A DNA stretch of 64,000 nucleotides from an uncultured Sandaracinaceae bacterium (GTDB lineage Bacteria > Myxococcota_A > Polyangia > Polyangiales > Houyiibacteriaceae). The stretch lies in the NCBI GenBank assembly GCA_964495565.1, contig CAZBWQ010000003.1, positions 7,670-71,669 of the forward strand. The letters run 5' to 3'. The translations under genes and the position numbers were made by a program. Below, piece by piece: positions 26,706 to 40,060 of this stretch (its first letter is position 1; the number at the start of each line of letters is the position of its first letter). Under the pieces are notes generated by a model that was not told the DNA's origin, ran no database searches, and saw nothing but the letters and a program-made list of their open reading frames with translations.

Positions 26706-26734
26706 TCGCCTCAGGCTGACCTGCTCCGTGCCAG

Positions 26735-26768
26735 GTATCAAATTGAAGCGGCTGTCAGTTCCTGATAC
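26735..26768. repeat. 6-bp inverted repeat GTATCA ... TGATAC in an AT-richer divergent promoter gap
   Basis: Read directly. It lies between the epimerase start (26705, minus strand) and the LLM start (26800, plus strand). Function unknown. Confidence 0.25.
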
Positions 26769-26799
26769 GAAGCGGAACCCTCTGTTGGAAGGAGATGGG

Positions 26800-27843
26800 A
26801 TGCGCCTCGGACTGACTCTCGGATACGCAGGTCCTCAACTGAACACGACGGTGCAGGACCTCGTGAACATGGACAAGATTGGCGAGGTCGAAAGGCTCGG
26901 TTACGACTCGATTTGGACGGCCGAGTCGTGGGGCAACGACGCCGTCACCCCCCTCGCGTGGGTGGGCTCCCAGACCTCCCGCATCAAGCTCGGCACCGCG
27001 ATCATGCAGCTCCCGGGACGCTCTCCGGCCAACGCCGCGATGACGGCCATGACGATGGACATCCTCTCCAACGGCCGCTTCATCATGGGGCTCGGAACGT
27101 CGGGGCCGCAGGTCGTCGAAGGATGGCATGGTGTCCCCTTCCACAAGAGCCTCACCTGGCTTCGTGAGTACGTGACGATCGTGAAGAAGATCTTCGCGCG
27201 TGAGGCCCCTCTCGAGTTCGACGGGGAGCGCTATCAGATCCCGTACACCGGCGAGGGGTCCTCGGGCCAAGGGAAGCCTCTTCGGAGCATGATTCGGAGC
27301 CGGCCGGACATTCCCGTGTACACGGGCTCGATGGCGCCGAAGTCGCAGGCGATGTCGGCTGAAATCGCCGACGGCTGCCTGCTGACCTGCATGCATCCGG
27401 AGCGCCCCGACGTGCTCATGGAGAACTTCGACGAGGGATTCGCCAAAGCCGGAAACGGAAAAGGACTCGAGAGCTTCGACATCGCGCCCACCGTCGTAGT
27501 CATCATCGGTGAGCCCGAGCAGGCGATGGTGCCTTGCAAGATGCAACTGGCGCTCTACATCGGCGGGATGGGGTCCCGAAAGAAGAACTTCTACAAAGAC
27601 TACCTGAGCCGGGTGGGCTTCGAAGAAGCGTGTGAGAAGGTGCAGACCCTGTTCTTGGACGGCAAGCGCAATGAGGCGATCGCGGCGGTCCCAGACGAAA
27701 TGGTCGATGCCCTCTACCTGGTGGGGTCCAAGGATCGAATTCGCGATCGCTTCCAGCGGTGGAAAGAGTCCCCCGTCGGCACCATGATGATCGGCTCGCA
27801 GGACATGGACACGCTACGGTTCATGGCCGAGCTCAACGCGTGA
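26800..27843 (+). CDS. luciferase-like monooxygenase (LLM) class oxidoreductase, probably F420-dependent
   Basis: Start trimmed to [13 protein letters not shown] with GGAAGGAG upstream. ...[20 protein letters not shown]...[15 protein letters not shown]... is the LLM fold. It is the first gene of the operon that continues into npdG-cofE-cofD-cofC. Confidence 0.8.
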   Translation: MRLGLTLGYAGPQLNTTVQDLVNMDKIGEVERLGYDSIWTAESWGNDAVTPLAWVGSQTSRIKLGTAIMQLPGRSPANAAMTAMTMDILSNGRFIMGLGTSGPQVVEGWHGVPFHKSLTWLREYVTIVKKIFAREAPLEFDGERYQIPYTGEGSSGQGKPLRSMIRSRPDIPVYTGSMAPKSQAMSAEIADGCLLTCMHPERPDVLMENFDEGFAKAGNGKGLESFDIAPTVVVIIGEPEQAMVPCKMQLALYIGGMGSRKKNFYKDYLSRVGFEEACEKVQTLFLDGKRNEAIAAVPDEMVDALYLVGSKDRIRDRFQRWKESPVGTMMIGSQDMDTLRFMAELNA

Positions 27844-27853
27844 GGTAGAATCA

Positions 27854-28510
27854 ATGAAGATCGGAATCGTGGGTGGCACCGGCCGTGAAGGACGCGGCCT
27901 CGTGGCTCGATGGGCCAAAGCAGGACACGACGTGTTCATCGGGTCGCGCCAGGCCGAAAAGGGCGCAGCCAAGGCGGCTGAGCTGACCGAGGAGCTCGGC
28001 GTCGACATCCGGGGCGCAGACAACCTGACGGCTTGTCGCGAGTCGGAGCTCATCGTCGTCACGGTGCCCTACGGCGCGCACCGAGCCACGTTCGAGTCGA
28101 TTGCAGAAGCCGTGGGAGACAAGATCCTGGTCGACATCACCGTGCCCCTCCAACCGCCGAAGGTCCGATCGGTGCACTTGCCGGAGGGTCAGGCCGCCGC
28201 GCTCGAAGCACGGGAGCTACTGCCGGAAGGAACGCGTCTCGTGGCGGCCCTCCACCACATCAGCTCCGAGCACCTGACCGATCCGGATCACGACTTCGAC
28301 TGCGACGTGTTGGTTTGTGGAGACGACAAAGAGGCGCGGGCCGCGGTCATCGATCTGATCTCCGATCTGGGGTTGCGAGGCATCGATGCGGGCGTGCTCA
28401 AGAACGCCATCGCACTCGAATCGCTCACTCCGGTGTTGCTTCACATCAATCGCCGCTACAAAGTCGTGGGCTCGGGGATCCGCATCACGGGCATTCCGGA
28501 GTCGGAATGA
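27854..28510 (+). CDS. npdG: NADPH-dependent F420 reductase
   Basis: 218 aa; [32 protein letters not shown]... and ...[20 protein letters not shown]... match the NpdG/Fno pattern. Confidence 0.8.
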   Translation: MKIGIVGGTGREGRGLVARWAKAGHDVFIGSRQAEKGAAKAAELTEELGVDIRGADNLTACRESELIVVTVPYGAHRATFESIAEAVGDKILVDITVPLQPPKVRSVHLPEGQAAALEARELLPEGTRLVAALHHISSEHLTDPDHDFDCDVLVCGDDKEARAAVIDLISDLGLRGIDAGVLKNAIALESLTPVLLHINRRYKVVGSGIRITGIPESE

Positions 28511-29322
28511 CCCGAGCCGAGCCAGCTGCAGGCGCGCTGCAAGTCGGCTCGGAGCTGTGGGTCCGCGCCCTTCCGGGCATCCCGACGGTTCGTCCCGGCG
28601 ACGATCTCGCGGCGATTCTCGTCCGGAGCTTGGTCGATGCGGGGATCGCGCTAGTGGACGGGGACGTCGTCGTGGTCGCTAGCAAGATCGTTTCCCGCGC
28701 GGAAAATTGCTTCGTCGACCTGGGCGGCATCGTCCCGAGCGATCGGGCGCTCGAGCTCGCACGCGAGGTCGACAAAGACCCGCGGCTGGTGGAATTGATC
28801 ATTCGCGAGAGCACGGCGGTCTCTCGGAAGAGAATCGGGGCGCTGATCGTGCGTCATCGCCTGGGCTTCATCTCCGCCAATGCCGGCATCGATGCCAGCA
28901 ATGCGGGGGATGTCGCAGACGACTCGCCGTCGGGGACCTGGGTGCTGACGCTTCCGCGTGATCCCGATGCGACCGCGATGGCCCTTCGCGCGGCGCTCTC
29001 CGAGCGTTTCGCCGCGGACATCGGCGTCGTCATCAGCGACTCGTGGGGCCGGCCCTTTCGCCGCGGCACGGTGGGCTTCGCGATCGGCATCGCAGGCGTT
29101 CCCGCTCTGTGGGATCGACGAGGCGCGCCCGACCGGCATGGACGGGTCTTGGAGGCGACCGAATCAGCGGTCGCGGATTCCCTGGCGGCCGCGGCCGACC
29201 TCGTGGCGGGGCAGGCTGACGAGGGCCGCCCCGTGACGCTGATCCGAGGGCTGCGCTTCACCCCATCCCTGGATTCGGCCCAGACCATCATGCGCGACCC
29301 CGAAACCGACTTGTACGCATGA
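28507..29322 (+). CDS. cofE: coenzyme F420-0:L-glutamate ligase, single-domain form
   Basis: Start trimmed to MTRAEPAAG (ATGA overlap). ...[15 protein letters not shown]...[11 protein letters not shown]...[21 protein letters not shown].... Confidence 0.85.
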   Translation: MTRAEPAAGALQVGSELWVRALPGIPTVRPGDDLAAILVRSLVDAGIALVDGDVVVVASKIVSRAENCFVDLGGIVPSDRALELAREVDKDPRLVELIIRESTAVSRKRIGALIVRHRLGFISANAGIDASNAGDVADDSPSGTWVLTLPRDPDATAMALRAALSERFAADIGVVISDSWGRPFRRGTVGFAIGIAGVPALWDRRGAPDRHGRVLEATESAVADSLAAAADLVAGQADEGRPVTLIRGLRFTPSLDSAQTIMRDPETDLYA

Positions 29323-30254
29323 CGGAGCCATCAGGAGCGAGCCACCACGTGGTCGCGCTGGCTGGGGGGGTCGGCGGTGCAAGGCTCGTCGACGGGCTCG
29401 ATCGTGTGTTGCCCCCCGGGGCTTTGACGATCATCGCGAACACGGGCGACGACTTCGAGCACTGGGGTCTGCACATCAGCCCCGACCTCGACACCATCAT
29501 GTACACCCTGGCCGGGTTGGCGCCGCAAGACCGCGGGTGGGGGATTGACGGCGACACCTTTCACGTCCTCGAAGAGGCCCGTCGAAGAGGGGAGCCCGAT
29601 TGGTTTCAACTCGGCGATCGCGACTTGGTCACGCATCTGTCGCGATCGGCGGCCCTCTCGAGAGGGATGACGCTCACCGAGGCCACCCGTGCACTCTGCC
29701 TGTCCTTGGGAGTCGATCGCCCGATTCTGCCGATGAGCGATCGACTCCGCCCGACCACGATCGTGACCGAGCGAGGGGCAGAGCTCGCGTTTCAAGACTG
29801 GCTGGTGCGACAGAGAGCAGAGCCGTCGGTGCGCGAGGTTCGTCACGGAGGCTCTGCGGTGCCCTCGCCGTCGGTGCTCGACGCGCTCGAACGTGCGACC
29901 TTGGCGGTGATCTGCCCGTCCAACCCGTACGTGTCGGTCGATCCCATCCTCTCGCTTTCCGGCGTCCGTGAGCGAGTGAGCGCCATCCCCGCGATCGCCG
30001 TGAGCCCCATCCTCGGCGGACGCGCGGTCAAAGGCCCTCTCGCAAGCATGCTCGTGGAGCTCGACGGATGGCAGCCTTCGGCCCAAGCGGTAGCGCAGCA
30101 CTACGAAGGGCTCTTGGACGCGTACGTCGTCCACGAGGGCGATGGGTTCGATGCGCCCTACCCCGTGCTCGAAACGAACATCCTGATCGAATCCGAAGAA
30201 GACCGGACAGCTTTGGCGCGCGAGCTGCTCGTGCTCGCCCGAGGCTTGCCATGA
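29319..30254 (+). CDS. cofD: 2-phospho-L-lactate (or analogue) transferase
   Basis: 311 aa; ...VVALAGGVGGARLVDGL...IIANTGDDFEHWGLHISPDLDTIMYTLAG...WFQLGDRDL... is the CofD/FbiA signature. ATGA overlaps on both sides. Confidence 0.9.
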   Translation: MTEPSGASHHVVALAGGVGGARLVDGLDRVLPPGALTIIANTGDDFEHWGLHISPDLDTIMYTLAGLAPQDRGWGIDGDTFHVLEEARRRGEPDWFQLGDRDLVTHLSRSAALSRGMTLTEATRALCLSLGVDRPILPMSDRLRPTTIVTERGAELAFQDWLVRQRAEPSVREVRHGGSAVPSPSVLDALERATLAVICPSNPYVSVDPILSLSGVRERVSAIPAIAVSPILGGRAVKGPLASMLVELDGWQPSAQAVAQHYEGLLDAYVVHEGDGFDAPYPVLETNILIESEEDRTALARELLVLARGLP

Positions 30255-30847
30255 GCTGCTGGGCACTCGTACCGACCAAGGGATTCGATCGGGGAAAGTC
30301 GCGGTTGGCCGCGGCGTTGCCACCGAGCGAGCGTTCGCGGTTGGCCCGAGAGATGTTCGAGCACGTCATCGACGTTCTTCGTGCCTCCGCGACCGTCGAC
30401 GAAATCGCCGTGGTGAGCGACTCCGCACGCACGCGGCGTCGTGCAGAGCACCTCGGGGCCGTGCCACTCGCGGACGCGGAGGGGAGCGAAGGATTGGCCT
30501 CCGTCGTGGATGCCGCGATCGCCGAGTTGAAACTTCGCGGAGCCACGCGCGTGATCGTGTGCATGAGCGATCTTCCCGAGCTCGGCGACGAAGACGTCGC
30601 GGTCGTGAGCCGGAGGCTCGACGAGTTCGACGTGGTGCTGGGGCCCGATCTTTCCGATCGGGGCACCAACCTCATCGGGATGAAACCGGCCGCTGCGCTA
30701 CCGAGCTGCTTGGGCCACGAAGACAGCCTTCGCCGCCATCGCGAGCGCGCACGCACCCTCGGTCTCGAGGTGCACGTCGAACGGCGGCCGGGTATCGCCT
30801 TCGACGTCGACCATCCTGGAGATCTCGACCGCCTGCGCCGCCGCTAA
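30251..30847 (+). CDS. cofC: phospholactate/PEP guanylyltransferase (CofC/FbiD family)
   Basis: Start trimmed to MSCWALVPTKGFDRGKSRLAAALPPSERSRLAREMF, the typical CofC N-terminus. ...CMSDLPEL...GTNLIG.... Confidence 0.8.
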   Translation: MSCWALVPTKGFDRGKSRLAAALPPSERSRLAREMFEHVIDVLRASATVDEIAVVSDSARTRRRAEHLGAVPLADAEGSEGLASVVDAAIAELKLRGATRVIVCMSDLPELGDEDVAVVSRRLDEFDVVLGPDLSDRGTNLIGMKPAAALPSCLGHEDSLRRHRERARTLGLEVHVERRPGIAFDVDHPGDLDRLRRR

Positions 30848-31653
30848 TGACTCGCCGAGAAGCGGTCCATCACCATTCCGAACATCCGTCTGCTGAGCCA
30901 TCGGGGCAGCAGCGTCATTGCGATGACCGTCAGCTTGTTGACGACGCCCGGAATCACGGTCACGCGGCGACCCATCTTTTTCATGCTGGCTCTCACGACG
31001 TGGCTCGGGCTCGAAAAGATCAGGGCCGCAAACGGACCGAAGCGGCGCGGCTCGAGACCGGCAACCTGCTGAAATTCCGTGCGCGTCCCGCCGGGGCACA
31101 GAGCCTGCACGTCGACGCCGTACGGCGCGAGCTCGGACGCGAGCCCCTCGGCAAAGAGGAGGTCGTATGCCTTCGTCGCGTTGTAGTTGGCCATCCCGCG
31201 AGCGGCGCAAAACGCGTTGACCGAGGAAACGACGACGATGCCGCCACGGCCTCGATCCCGCATTCCCTGTGCAAGCTCGTGAGTCAACAGAGCAGGTGCG
31301 CGGCAGTTGAGGTTGATCATGGATTCCTGGACGTGGAGATCCATGTCGAGAAACGGACCGCTCGAGCCGAAACCCGCGCAGTGCACCAGAAGACCGATCT
31401 CGAGGTCCTCGATCACCGGCTGCAAGACCCGCATCGGGTCCCGTGACGCGAGATCGACGGGCGCCACCCGCACCTCGACGCCGCAAGCATCCTCGATGAT
31501 CGCGGCGAGCTCTTCGAGCCGCTGACGCCGCCTCGCGACCAAGACGACGTGGATTCCTCGTTCTGCGATGCGACGCGCGTATTCCGCTCCGATCCCGGCG
31601 GAAGCTCCCGTGATCACCGCCCACGGGCCGTATCGCTCGGCGAACTCGCCCAT
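30844..31653 (-). CDS. SDR family oxidoreductase, last gene of the cofG-cofH operon
   Basis: 269 aa; ...WAVITGASAGIGAEYA..., ...NYNATKAYD.... Its start is 2 nt after the cofH stop. Its stop codon overlaps the convergent cofC stop (CTAA). Confidence 0.85.
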   Translation of the reverse strand: MGEFAERYGPWAVITGASAGIGAEYARRIAERGIHVVLVARRRQRLEELAAIIEDACGVEVRVAPVDLASRDPMRVLQPVIEDLEIGLLVHCAGFGSSGPFLDMDLHVQESMINLNCRAPALLTHELAQGMRDRGRGGIVVVSSVNAFCAARGMANYNATKAYDLLFAEGLASELAPYGVDVQALCPGGTRTEFQQVAGLEPRRFGPFAALIFSSPSHVVRASMKKMGRRVTVIPGVVNKLTVIAMTLLPRWLSRRMFGMVMDRFSASH

Positions 31654-31655
31654 GC

Positions 31656-32933
31656 TCAGCCGACGACCCGCAGTCCCCGGGGCTCGTAATGAAATCGCGG
31701 ATCCCGGGTGAGCGCGTCATAAGAGCCGAACACCTGCTCGCAATCGTCGATCGAATCGAGCGGCTCGACCGGATCGGTTTCGGCGGACATGCCGAAATCG
31801 CGTACCACTCCATAGGTCGTCGTTCGTTGAACCGGAAGGCGGCCTGCGTCCCGAATCGCTCGCCGCAGCGTGGCCGGCGTCATGAGCTGACCGTGTCGGG
31901 CGCCCGCGGCGGTCGAGATGCTCTCGTTCATCAGGGTCCCTCCGAGGTCGTTGACACCACAGCTGAGCAGAAACTGTGAGACTCGAAGCCCTTCCTTGAC
32001 CCAAGATGCCTGAAGATTGGGGATGTCTCGGCCGAGCATGAGGCGCGCGGTCGCATACAGACGCAGCACGTCGTCCCCGGTCGGTCCCGGCCGTACACCG
32101 GGCACCTTGCTCGAAGCGAACAGTGGCGCTTCCTCGTGTACGAAGGACAGCGGAACGAACTCCGTGAAGCCGCCCGTCTCGCGTTGAACGCTGCGCAACA
32201 GCTCCATGTGCAGCATTCGCTGTTCGACCGATTCGACGTGACCGAACATCATCGTCGACGTCGTGGGTATCCCCAAGCGATGAGCGGACTCGATGACCTC
32301 CAACCACTCACCGGTCGTGATTCGAGTCGGAGAAATCGTCTTCCGGAGTCGATCATCGAGGATCTCCGCCGAAGTGCCCGGCAAGGACCCGAGGCCGGCT
32401 TCCTTGAGCTCGGCGAGGTAGTCCGCGTACGGGACGCGTTTGAGCGAAGCTCCGAACTTCACTTCCTCCGGCGAAAATGCGTGAATGTGGATTTCGGGGG
32501 CTGCTCGCTTGACCACCTTGCAGAGCTCGACGTAGCTGTCCGCGGTGAGGTTGGGCGACAGCCCCGCCTGGAGGCATACCTCCGTCGCACCCATCTCCCA
32601 TGCCTGCCGTACGCGGTGCGCGATTTCGTCGTGCGGCAGGAAGTACCCCTGCTCCGACCGCACGGTGCGGGCAAACGCGCAGAACTTGCAGTTCTTGATG
32701 CACACGTTCGTGAAATTGATGTTTCGGTTGACCACGTAGGTGACGCGGTCACCGGCTTGTTGTCGCCGTAGCTCGTTCGCAACGAGGCAGAGCGCGTGAA
32801 GGTCCACCCCCCGCGCCTCGCTCAGCGCCACCCCCTCCTGCACACCGATCTCGCGACCCTCCAGGCTTTGCTCGAGAATCACGCGGATGGTCGGGGAAAC
32901 GGATTGAAGACAGCTTTCGAGAGCGGTGGTCAT
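31656..32933 (-). CDS. cofH: FO synthase subunit 2 (radical SAM)
   Basis: Start trimmed to MTTALESCLQ (ATGA overlap). ...NRNINFTNVCIKNCKFCAF... is the radical-SAM cluster; C-terminal ...GGTLMNESISTAAGARHGQ...QRTTTYG. Confidence 0.85.
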   Translation of the reverse strand: MTTALESCLQSVSPTIRVILEQSLEGREIGVQEGVALSEARGVDLHALCLVANELRRQQAGDRVTYVVNRNINFTNVCIKNCKFCAFARTVRSEQGYFLPHDEIAHRVRQAWEMGATEVCLQAGLSPNLTADSYVELCKVVKRAAPEIHIHAFSPEEVKFGASLKRVPYADYLAELKEAGLGSLPGTSAEILDDRLRKTISPTRITTGEWLEVIESAHRLGIPTTSTMMFGHVESVEQRMLHMELLRSVQRETGGFTEFVPLSFVHEEAPLFASSKVPGVRPGPTGDDVLRLYATARLMLGRDIPNLQASWVKEGLRVSQFLLSCGVNDLGGTLMNESISTAAGARHGQLMTPATLRRAIRDAGRLPVQRTTTYGVVRDFGMSAETDPVEPLDSIDDCEQVFGSYDALTRDPRFHYEPRGLRVVG

Positions 32934-34072
32934 GGCCCGGTGAGCTCCAATTGCAGGCGGTCGACGTGAGGACGCAACGATGGATCCACGAATCCAGCGG
33001 TCGCGAGGTGCGAGGGATAGATCGGCAGTCGTGGCTCCAGCCGAAAACCCTCTTCTCGGCAAACGTGTCGAAGGGCCTCGAGATGAGGCCAGGGATGGGA
33101 TGGATTGATGTAGTCCGGGCTGACCGGAGAAATCCCGCCGAAATCGTTGATTCCGGCGGCAATCAGAGTGCAGGCGGCAGCGGGGCTGAGGTTTGGCGGA
33201 GCCTGAACGCTGATCTCGTCGTCGAGCAGCAAGCGGGCAAGCGCGATCGTCCGGGCCAGGTCCTCGGAAGTCGGCTCGGGAGCGCCCGCCATCGGAATCC
33301 GTGGGTGCGAGCGGAAGTTCTGCACGATCACCTCTCCGATGTGACCGTGCTCCGCGTGCAACTCTCGTATCGCGAGGATCGTGTCGATGCGTTCCGCTAC
33401 CGTCTCGCCGATTCCGATCAGCAGCCCGGAGGTGAACGGAATCTGCAATTCGCCGGCCTCGCGCGTCATGCGAATCCGCTTGGCGGGCCTCTTGTCGGGC
33501 GCACGATGATGCGGCATGCCCTTTTCGCACAACCGCTCGCTGACGTTTTCGAGCATCAGCCCGAGGCTGACGTTCACCGGCTTCAGCGTGAGCATTTCCT
33601 CGCGCGTCAGAATCCCCGCGTTGGTGTGCGGGAGCAGGCCGAGCGCAAGCGCTTCCTCGGCGACCCAGCGCAGATAATCGACGGTGCGCTCGTGTCCCCA
33701 CGATCGGAGCAAGGCGCGATACTCTCGAAACCCGGTCTCGGGAGTGTCTCCGAGGCAGAGCAGCGCCTCCACGCAACCTTGCTCGCGCGCGCGTCCCAGC
33801 CAGGTCCGGACTTCTTTCGGGCTCATGGTCCACTCGCCCGGATCACCCGGAGAGCGCCGAAACGAGCAATAGTCGCACTGGTTTCGGCAAAGGTTGGTGA
33901 TCGGCAAGAACACCTTCGGGGAGAAAGTGAGAGCCTTTCCCCAAGCTCGGTCACGACGCGTTCGAGCGGCCGAGAGCAGGCCGTCGGTGTCCGCCTCGGC
34001 GAGGCGATGGGCATCCGAGGCCTCGACCGGGCTCGAGCTGGCTCGCCGCAGAATCGCCGAAGCGGAGGTCAT
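32930..34072 (-). CDS. cofG: FO synthase subunit 1 (radical SAM)
   Basis: Start trimmed to MTSASAILRR (ATGA overlap). ...FLPITNLCRNQCDYCSF..., ...INDFGGISPVSPDYINPSHPWP.... Confidence 0.88.
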   Translation of the reverse strand: MTSASAILRRASSSPVEASDAHRLAEADTDGLLSAARTRRDRAWGKALTFSPKVFLPITNLCRNQCDYCSFRRSPGDPGEWTMSPKEVRTWLGRAREQGCVEALLCLGDTPETGFREYRALLRSWGHERTVDYLRWVAEEALALGLLPHTNAGILTREEMLTLKPVNVSLGLMLENVSERLCEKGMPHHRAPDKRPAKRIRMTREAGELQIPFTSGLLIGIGETVAERIDTILAIRELHAEHGHIGEVIVQNFRSHPRIPMAGAPEPTSEDLARTIALARLLLDDEISVQAPPNLSPAAACTLIAAGINDFGGISPVSPDYINPSHPWPHLEALRHVCREEGFRLEPRLPIYPSHLATAGFVDPSLRPHVDRLQLELTGP

Positions 34073-34944
34073 GGCATCTTGGCGATAACGTTGTCCGCGA
34101 ACCGTTTCAAGCCGTCGATTCGGCCCTCCAAGGTTCCGCCCACCATCGGGGTGCCATACATGAGCCAAGGCACTGTGATGATGTCCGTGACGCCAGCCTC
34201 CTCGAGCCGCTTGTAGCCATCCGCATCCCAGACGTCGGTCACGACCGCCTGGTATTCCATCGGGAGATGATCGCGGCCGTATTCCTTGCGGAACGCTTCG
34301 ATTTGCGCGATCAGAGCAAGCAACTGCTTGGAGGGCAGCATCGCCGAAGACCACCCGTCCCCATACTTTGCAGCGCGCCGGAGGCCCGGCTTGCTGTGTC
34401 CGCCGATGTAGATGGGAATCGGCTCGGTCGGTGCCGGGCTCATCTGGATCTTTCCGAAGTCGTAGTGCTCGCCGTGGTACTCGACCATCCCTCCGCCCCA
34501 GATCAGACGAAGTATCTCCAGGCATTCGTCCATCCGTTTGCCGCGAGTGTCGAAATCGGTGCCACACCACTTGAACTCTTCGGGAAGCCAGCCGAGCCCG
34601 CATCCGAAGCCGAACCGATTGTTGGAAATCGCAGCGAGCGATGCCACTTGTTTCGCCACCAACACGGGATGACGCACAGGGAGCTTCACCACGCTGGTGT
34701 AGAAGAAGATTCGTTCCGTCGCGCCCGCCATCGCGGCCGCTCCGACCAGCGGCTCGATCCAAGGTGTCTCGCCGTCCCACATGCGGCTTCCGTCCTGCGT
34801 GTACGGATACGGCTTGCTCACCTCTTGCGAAAAGAAGATCGAGTCCGGCAGGACGACGGCATGGTACCCGAGCTTTTCGGCCTCTCGTGCGACCGGGATG
34901 TACTGCTCAGGAGGCGCCATGGCGATGGAGACGCTGAACTTCAT
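34069..34944 (-). CDS. LLM class oxidoreductase, probably F420-dependent; first gene of the cofG-cofH operon
   Basis: 291 aa; MKFSVSIAMAPPEQYIPVAREAEKLGYHAVVLPDS...NNRFGFGCGLGWLPEEF.... Confidence 0.8.
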   Translation of the reverse strand: MKFSVSIAMAPPEQYIPVAREAEKLGYHAVVLPDSIFFSQEVSKPYPYTQDGSRMWDGETPWIEPLVGAAAMAGATERIFFYTSVVKLPVRHPVLVAKQVASLAAISNNRFGFGCGLGWLPEEFKWCGTDFDTRGKRMDECLEILRLIWGGGMVEYHGEHYDFGKIQMSPAPTEPIPIYIGGHSKPGLRRAAKYGDGWSSAMLPSKQLLALIAQIEAFRKEYGRDHLPMEYQAVVTDVWDADGYKRLEEAGVTDIITVPWLMYGTPMVGGTLEGRIDGLKRFADNVIAKMP

Positions 34945-34975
34945 GGCCGGGAGCCTAGCATAGCCCCCATCGCAA

Positions 34976-36243
34976 TCACGCCCTGTCGCGCGGGATTCGA
35001 TTGCCGATCACGCGGGTGACGTTGAGCCAGGCCAGCATCTTTGCGGACAGCAACGGTTTGCCGGTGTTGAGGAACGCGACGCTGATGTCGCGGTCGGGAT
35101 CGGCCCATCCGAGCACGTTGGTGAACCCGAGATGCCCGTAGGCGTTTGCGGTTCGAGGACCATAAAACCCGAATCGGCGCCCGCCGAGCATGAACCCCAT
35201 CGACAGCGGAATCGGCATCATCAAGACCCGGTCTACTTGCCCAGTGACCTGTGGCTTGACCGCGCGAGCCACGGTCCGTGGATCGAAGACCCGCGTGTCC
35301 TCGAAGGTTCCACCGCAAAGCAGGGTTTCGAAGAACCGAGATATCTCTTCCGGCGTCGCGATGAGGTTCCCGGCCGGCACGACGGCCGTCCGAAAACGCG
35401 GATCGTTGGCAATCTCGACCAGCTCCCGCATCGACGCGCCGAAGGCCACTTGAACCAGATTTTTGTAAGGCCACGTGGGTGCCGGTCCGGTGAAGGCATC
35501 GACGGCGACTCGATCCAGCTCGTCGGCGGAGACCCCAAATCGGAAGTGCCTCATCTCGAGTGGGTCACGGATCTTGGTCTTCAAGAAGCTCTGGATGTCC
35601 GTCCCGGTCACGCGCCGAATGATCTCACCGAGAATGAAGCCGCTCGTGATCGCCTGATAGGCCTGGACGCTCCCAGGCCGATGGGTGGGCTCGAGCTCAC
35701 AGAAGGCCCGCACGATCTCGTCGGGCCTGGACAACAAATCCAGGTCGATTGCCTCCTCGGGCGTCGGCGGGATGCCTGCCCGATGCGTGAGAATGTCCCG
35801 AATCGTGATGTTGTGCTTTCGCTTCTTCGCGAACTCGGGAATGAAGGTTGCGACCGGCTCGTCGACGTGAAGCTGCTCTTGCTCCTGAAGCAGGTGAATC
35901 AACATCGCCGTGACGGTCTTCGATCCGGAAAAGAAGTTGTACAGCGTGTCCGGAGTTGCCTTCACCAGCGGCGTACCTTCCGGATCGTCCGGGCTGTTGC
36001 CGCGTGCATGACCGATCGCGCGGTCGAGGATGATCTCGCCGCGGCGCCGAATGCACAGCGCGATGGCGGGATGAAGCCCCGTCTTGTAGAACCTCACCAC
36101 CGCGTCCCAAATCGCATCGACGTCGTCTTTGGTCAGACCCACCGCCCTCGGATCGGTCTCGCGGTGACTTTTGATCGTCACCTCGTCGGGATCGAACACG
36201 CGAACGGTGATTGGGCGCAGATCCCGAATACGAAGCCTCTGCA

Positions 36244-36244
<1 letters not shown>
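34976..36244 (-). CDS. serine hydrolase, beta-lactamase/esterase (class C-like) family
   Basis: ...YNFFSGSKTVTAM... (SxxK). ATG 36244 forms a TGATG junction with the metH stop. C-terminal ...AYGHLGFTNVLGWADP.... Confidence 0.8.
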
Positions 36245-39921
<3,677 letters not shown>

Positions 39922-40060
39922 GCCGCCTCCACCCCCTCCTCGGCGGGCCTGGGTAATGACCCGAAAAGAGGCTGCGCGCCCCCCAAACCCGCCAGGCGCC
40001 TCGGGGGGTACATTGCTCCTGATGGGTTAAGGTAGACTGTCTGGAACGGGTGCGCCGACG

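Noticed and set aside
31656-32933. An alternative reading of the radical-SAM gene as MqnC/MqnE (futalosine menaquinone pathway) rather than cofH.
   Set aside because: It is translationally coupled to a CofG-type gene in FbiC domain order, the other cof genes are adjacent, and the window already encodes the classical men pathway. A phylogeny would still be needed to settle it.
39922-40060. A possible cobalamin, SAM or SAH riboswitch in the metH leader.
   Set aside because: The region is too short for a cobalamin element and has no B12-box-like core. The hairpin does not reproduce the SAH riboswitch 3' AACGGCGCUCAC-type pseudoknot strand as I remember it. It is kept only as a generic hairpin observation.
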